A stretch of DNA of 64,000 nt from NCBI RefSeq assembly GCF_052425735.1, contig NC_135763.1, forward strand, positions 17,374,298 to 17,438,297, given 5' to 3'. The translations under genes and the position numbers were made by a program. This DNA is from Oculina patagonica (taxonomy: Eukaryota). Under the pieces are notes generated by a model. It saw only the letters and a program-made list of their open reading frames with translations. It did no database searches and was not told the origin of the DNA. This document shows, piece after piece, positions 63,140 through 64,000 of the stretch. How positions within the stretch are numbered: position 1 is the first letter of the stretch; each line of letters starts with the position of its first letter.

Positions 63140-63430
63140 ACCTTGCACGGGAAAACGTACTTTAACGCTTTTTCGTTAAACGACTTAAATCGTTTGTTAG
63201 TCGTTAGATTACCGTTAGGACGACTAAGAAAATCGTTAGAAGCGTTAGAATAGTCGTTAGAAAAATTTTCTTTGTCGTTAGAAGCGTTAGAAAAATCGTG
63301 CAAAGATCATGCACGTCGTTAGATGTATCAAGAAAAGTCGTTCATATCGTTAGTAAAATCGTTAGAATCTCCGTTCAAGTCGTTTGAAACTTTAGAAAAT
63401 CAGTTAGAATTACCTTCCAAGTAGTTTTGA
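63140..63430. repeat. Cryptic tandem repeat made of TCGTTAGA/CGTTAG(A)-containing units of 10-20 bp (about 15 copies).
   Basis: Read directly. Confidence 0.6.
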
Positions 63431-64000
63431 ACACTAAAGAAAGTAATACTTGTTAGATTATCGCTCTGTTATTGTTTAAATCGTTATGTTAGTCCAATTG
63501 TTTTATAAACGCACCTCAAACGTATCAGTGTATTCGACTTGTGTTTTGGAGAAATGCGAACACGAATTAGTTTTGTCCCCCTGAAGAAGGCAGCGTTGCC
63601 GAAACGTCGGGAATTCAGACAAGAGTTTCCGTAAATAAAACCGGTTCTTAAATTTGACTTGTAAAATATCTGTAGTCGACAAACGAAACATTCCACATGA
63701 AAAACATCGGAGCCTTCCGTGAATATTAAATTGAAAGACAGACTTGTGTCGCGCCATCGCGTCTAGCTTGAAATGAACTTGTTTTATTTTTTTTGTGAAT
63801 TTGGCATAAAATTCTTAAAACCTAATTTTTTCTTGAATGAAACTTGTCTTCATTTATAACACAGACAATGGCGTCAATTATAATTACAGCTGTAGAGGAG
63901 ATATACAAATTTTGCTTTTTTAAAGCGGCGCAGCCAAAAGAGTCTAAAAAGTTGGCAAAATTTGCCTATGTCAAAAGTAATTTGAAACCTTTCGAATAAA

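Noticed and set aside
1-64000. A prokaryotic-style novel system (operon, defence island, CRISPR)
   Set aside because: The sequence has spliceosomal introns with GT-AG boundaries, metazoan gene families (LGR, SLC35F6, Golgi sulfotransferase), SINEs, MITEs and satellites. It has no CRISPR repeats and no operon structure.

Overview
This is eukaryotic (metazoan, invertebrate-like) nuclear DNA, about 62% AT and repeat-rich, carrying multi-exon genes joined by GT-AG introns. It is not a prokaryotic locus. I can support three protein-coding loci. (1) At 19.2-31.7 kb on the + strand there is a leucine-rich-repeat-containing rhodopsin-class GPCR (LGR-like). It has an LRRNT exon, three 72-75 nt phase-2 LRR exons, and a large 3' exon encoding two more LRRs, an LRRCT and the 7TM domain (ERY and DPFLY motifs). 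(2) On the - strand there is a small family of type II membrane sulfotransferase-like genes. One is an apparently intact 4-exon gene at 2.0-4.6 kb. The other, at 8.65-12.67 kb, is a frameshifted, truncated paralog. (3) On the - strand there is a tandem segmental duplication of about 9.5 kb giving two SLC35F6-like (solute carrier 35 F6) paralogs at about 34.0-45.3 kb and 53.4-62.9 kb. Their exons differ almost only at synonymous sites. The rest of the window is accessory material. There is a TTAA-targeting MITE family, an hAT-like MITE with an 8-bp TSD, and an hAT remnant that retains the C-terminal dimerisation ORF. There are two Tc1/mariner-type TA elements and a SINE-like retroposon with a TSD. 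Four tRNA-like Pol III units sit in an inverted pair and a tandem pair and share an unusual anticodon loop. There is an 80-bp satellite, a 3-kb foldback inverted repeat and a partial duplication of the LGR promoter and first exon, both inside LGR intron 2. There are several perfect hairpins, and homopolymer-rich blocks that look like assembly noise. The ORF track uses alternative start codons (for example TTG), so many listed M-starts are not real ATGs.
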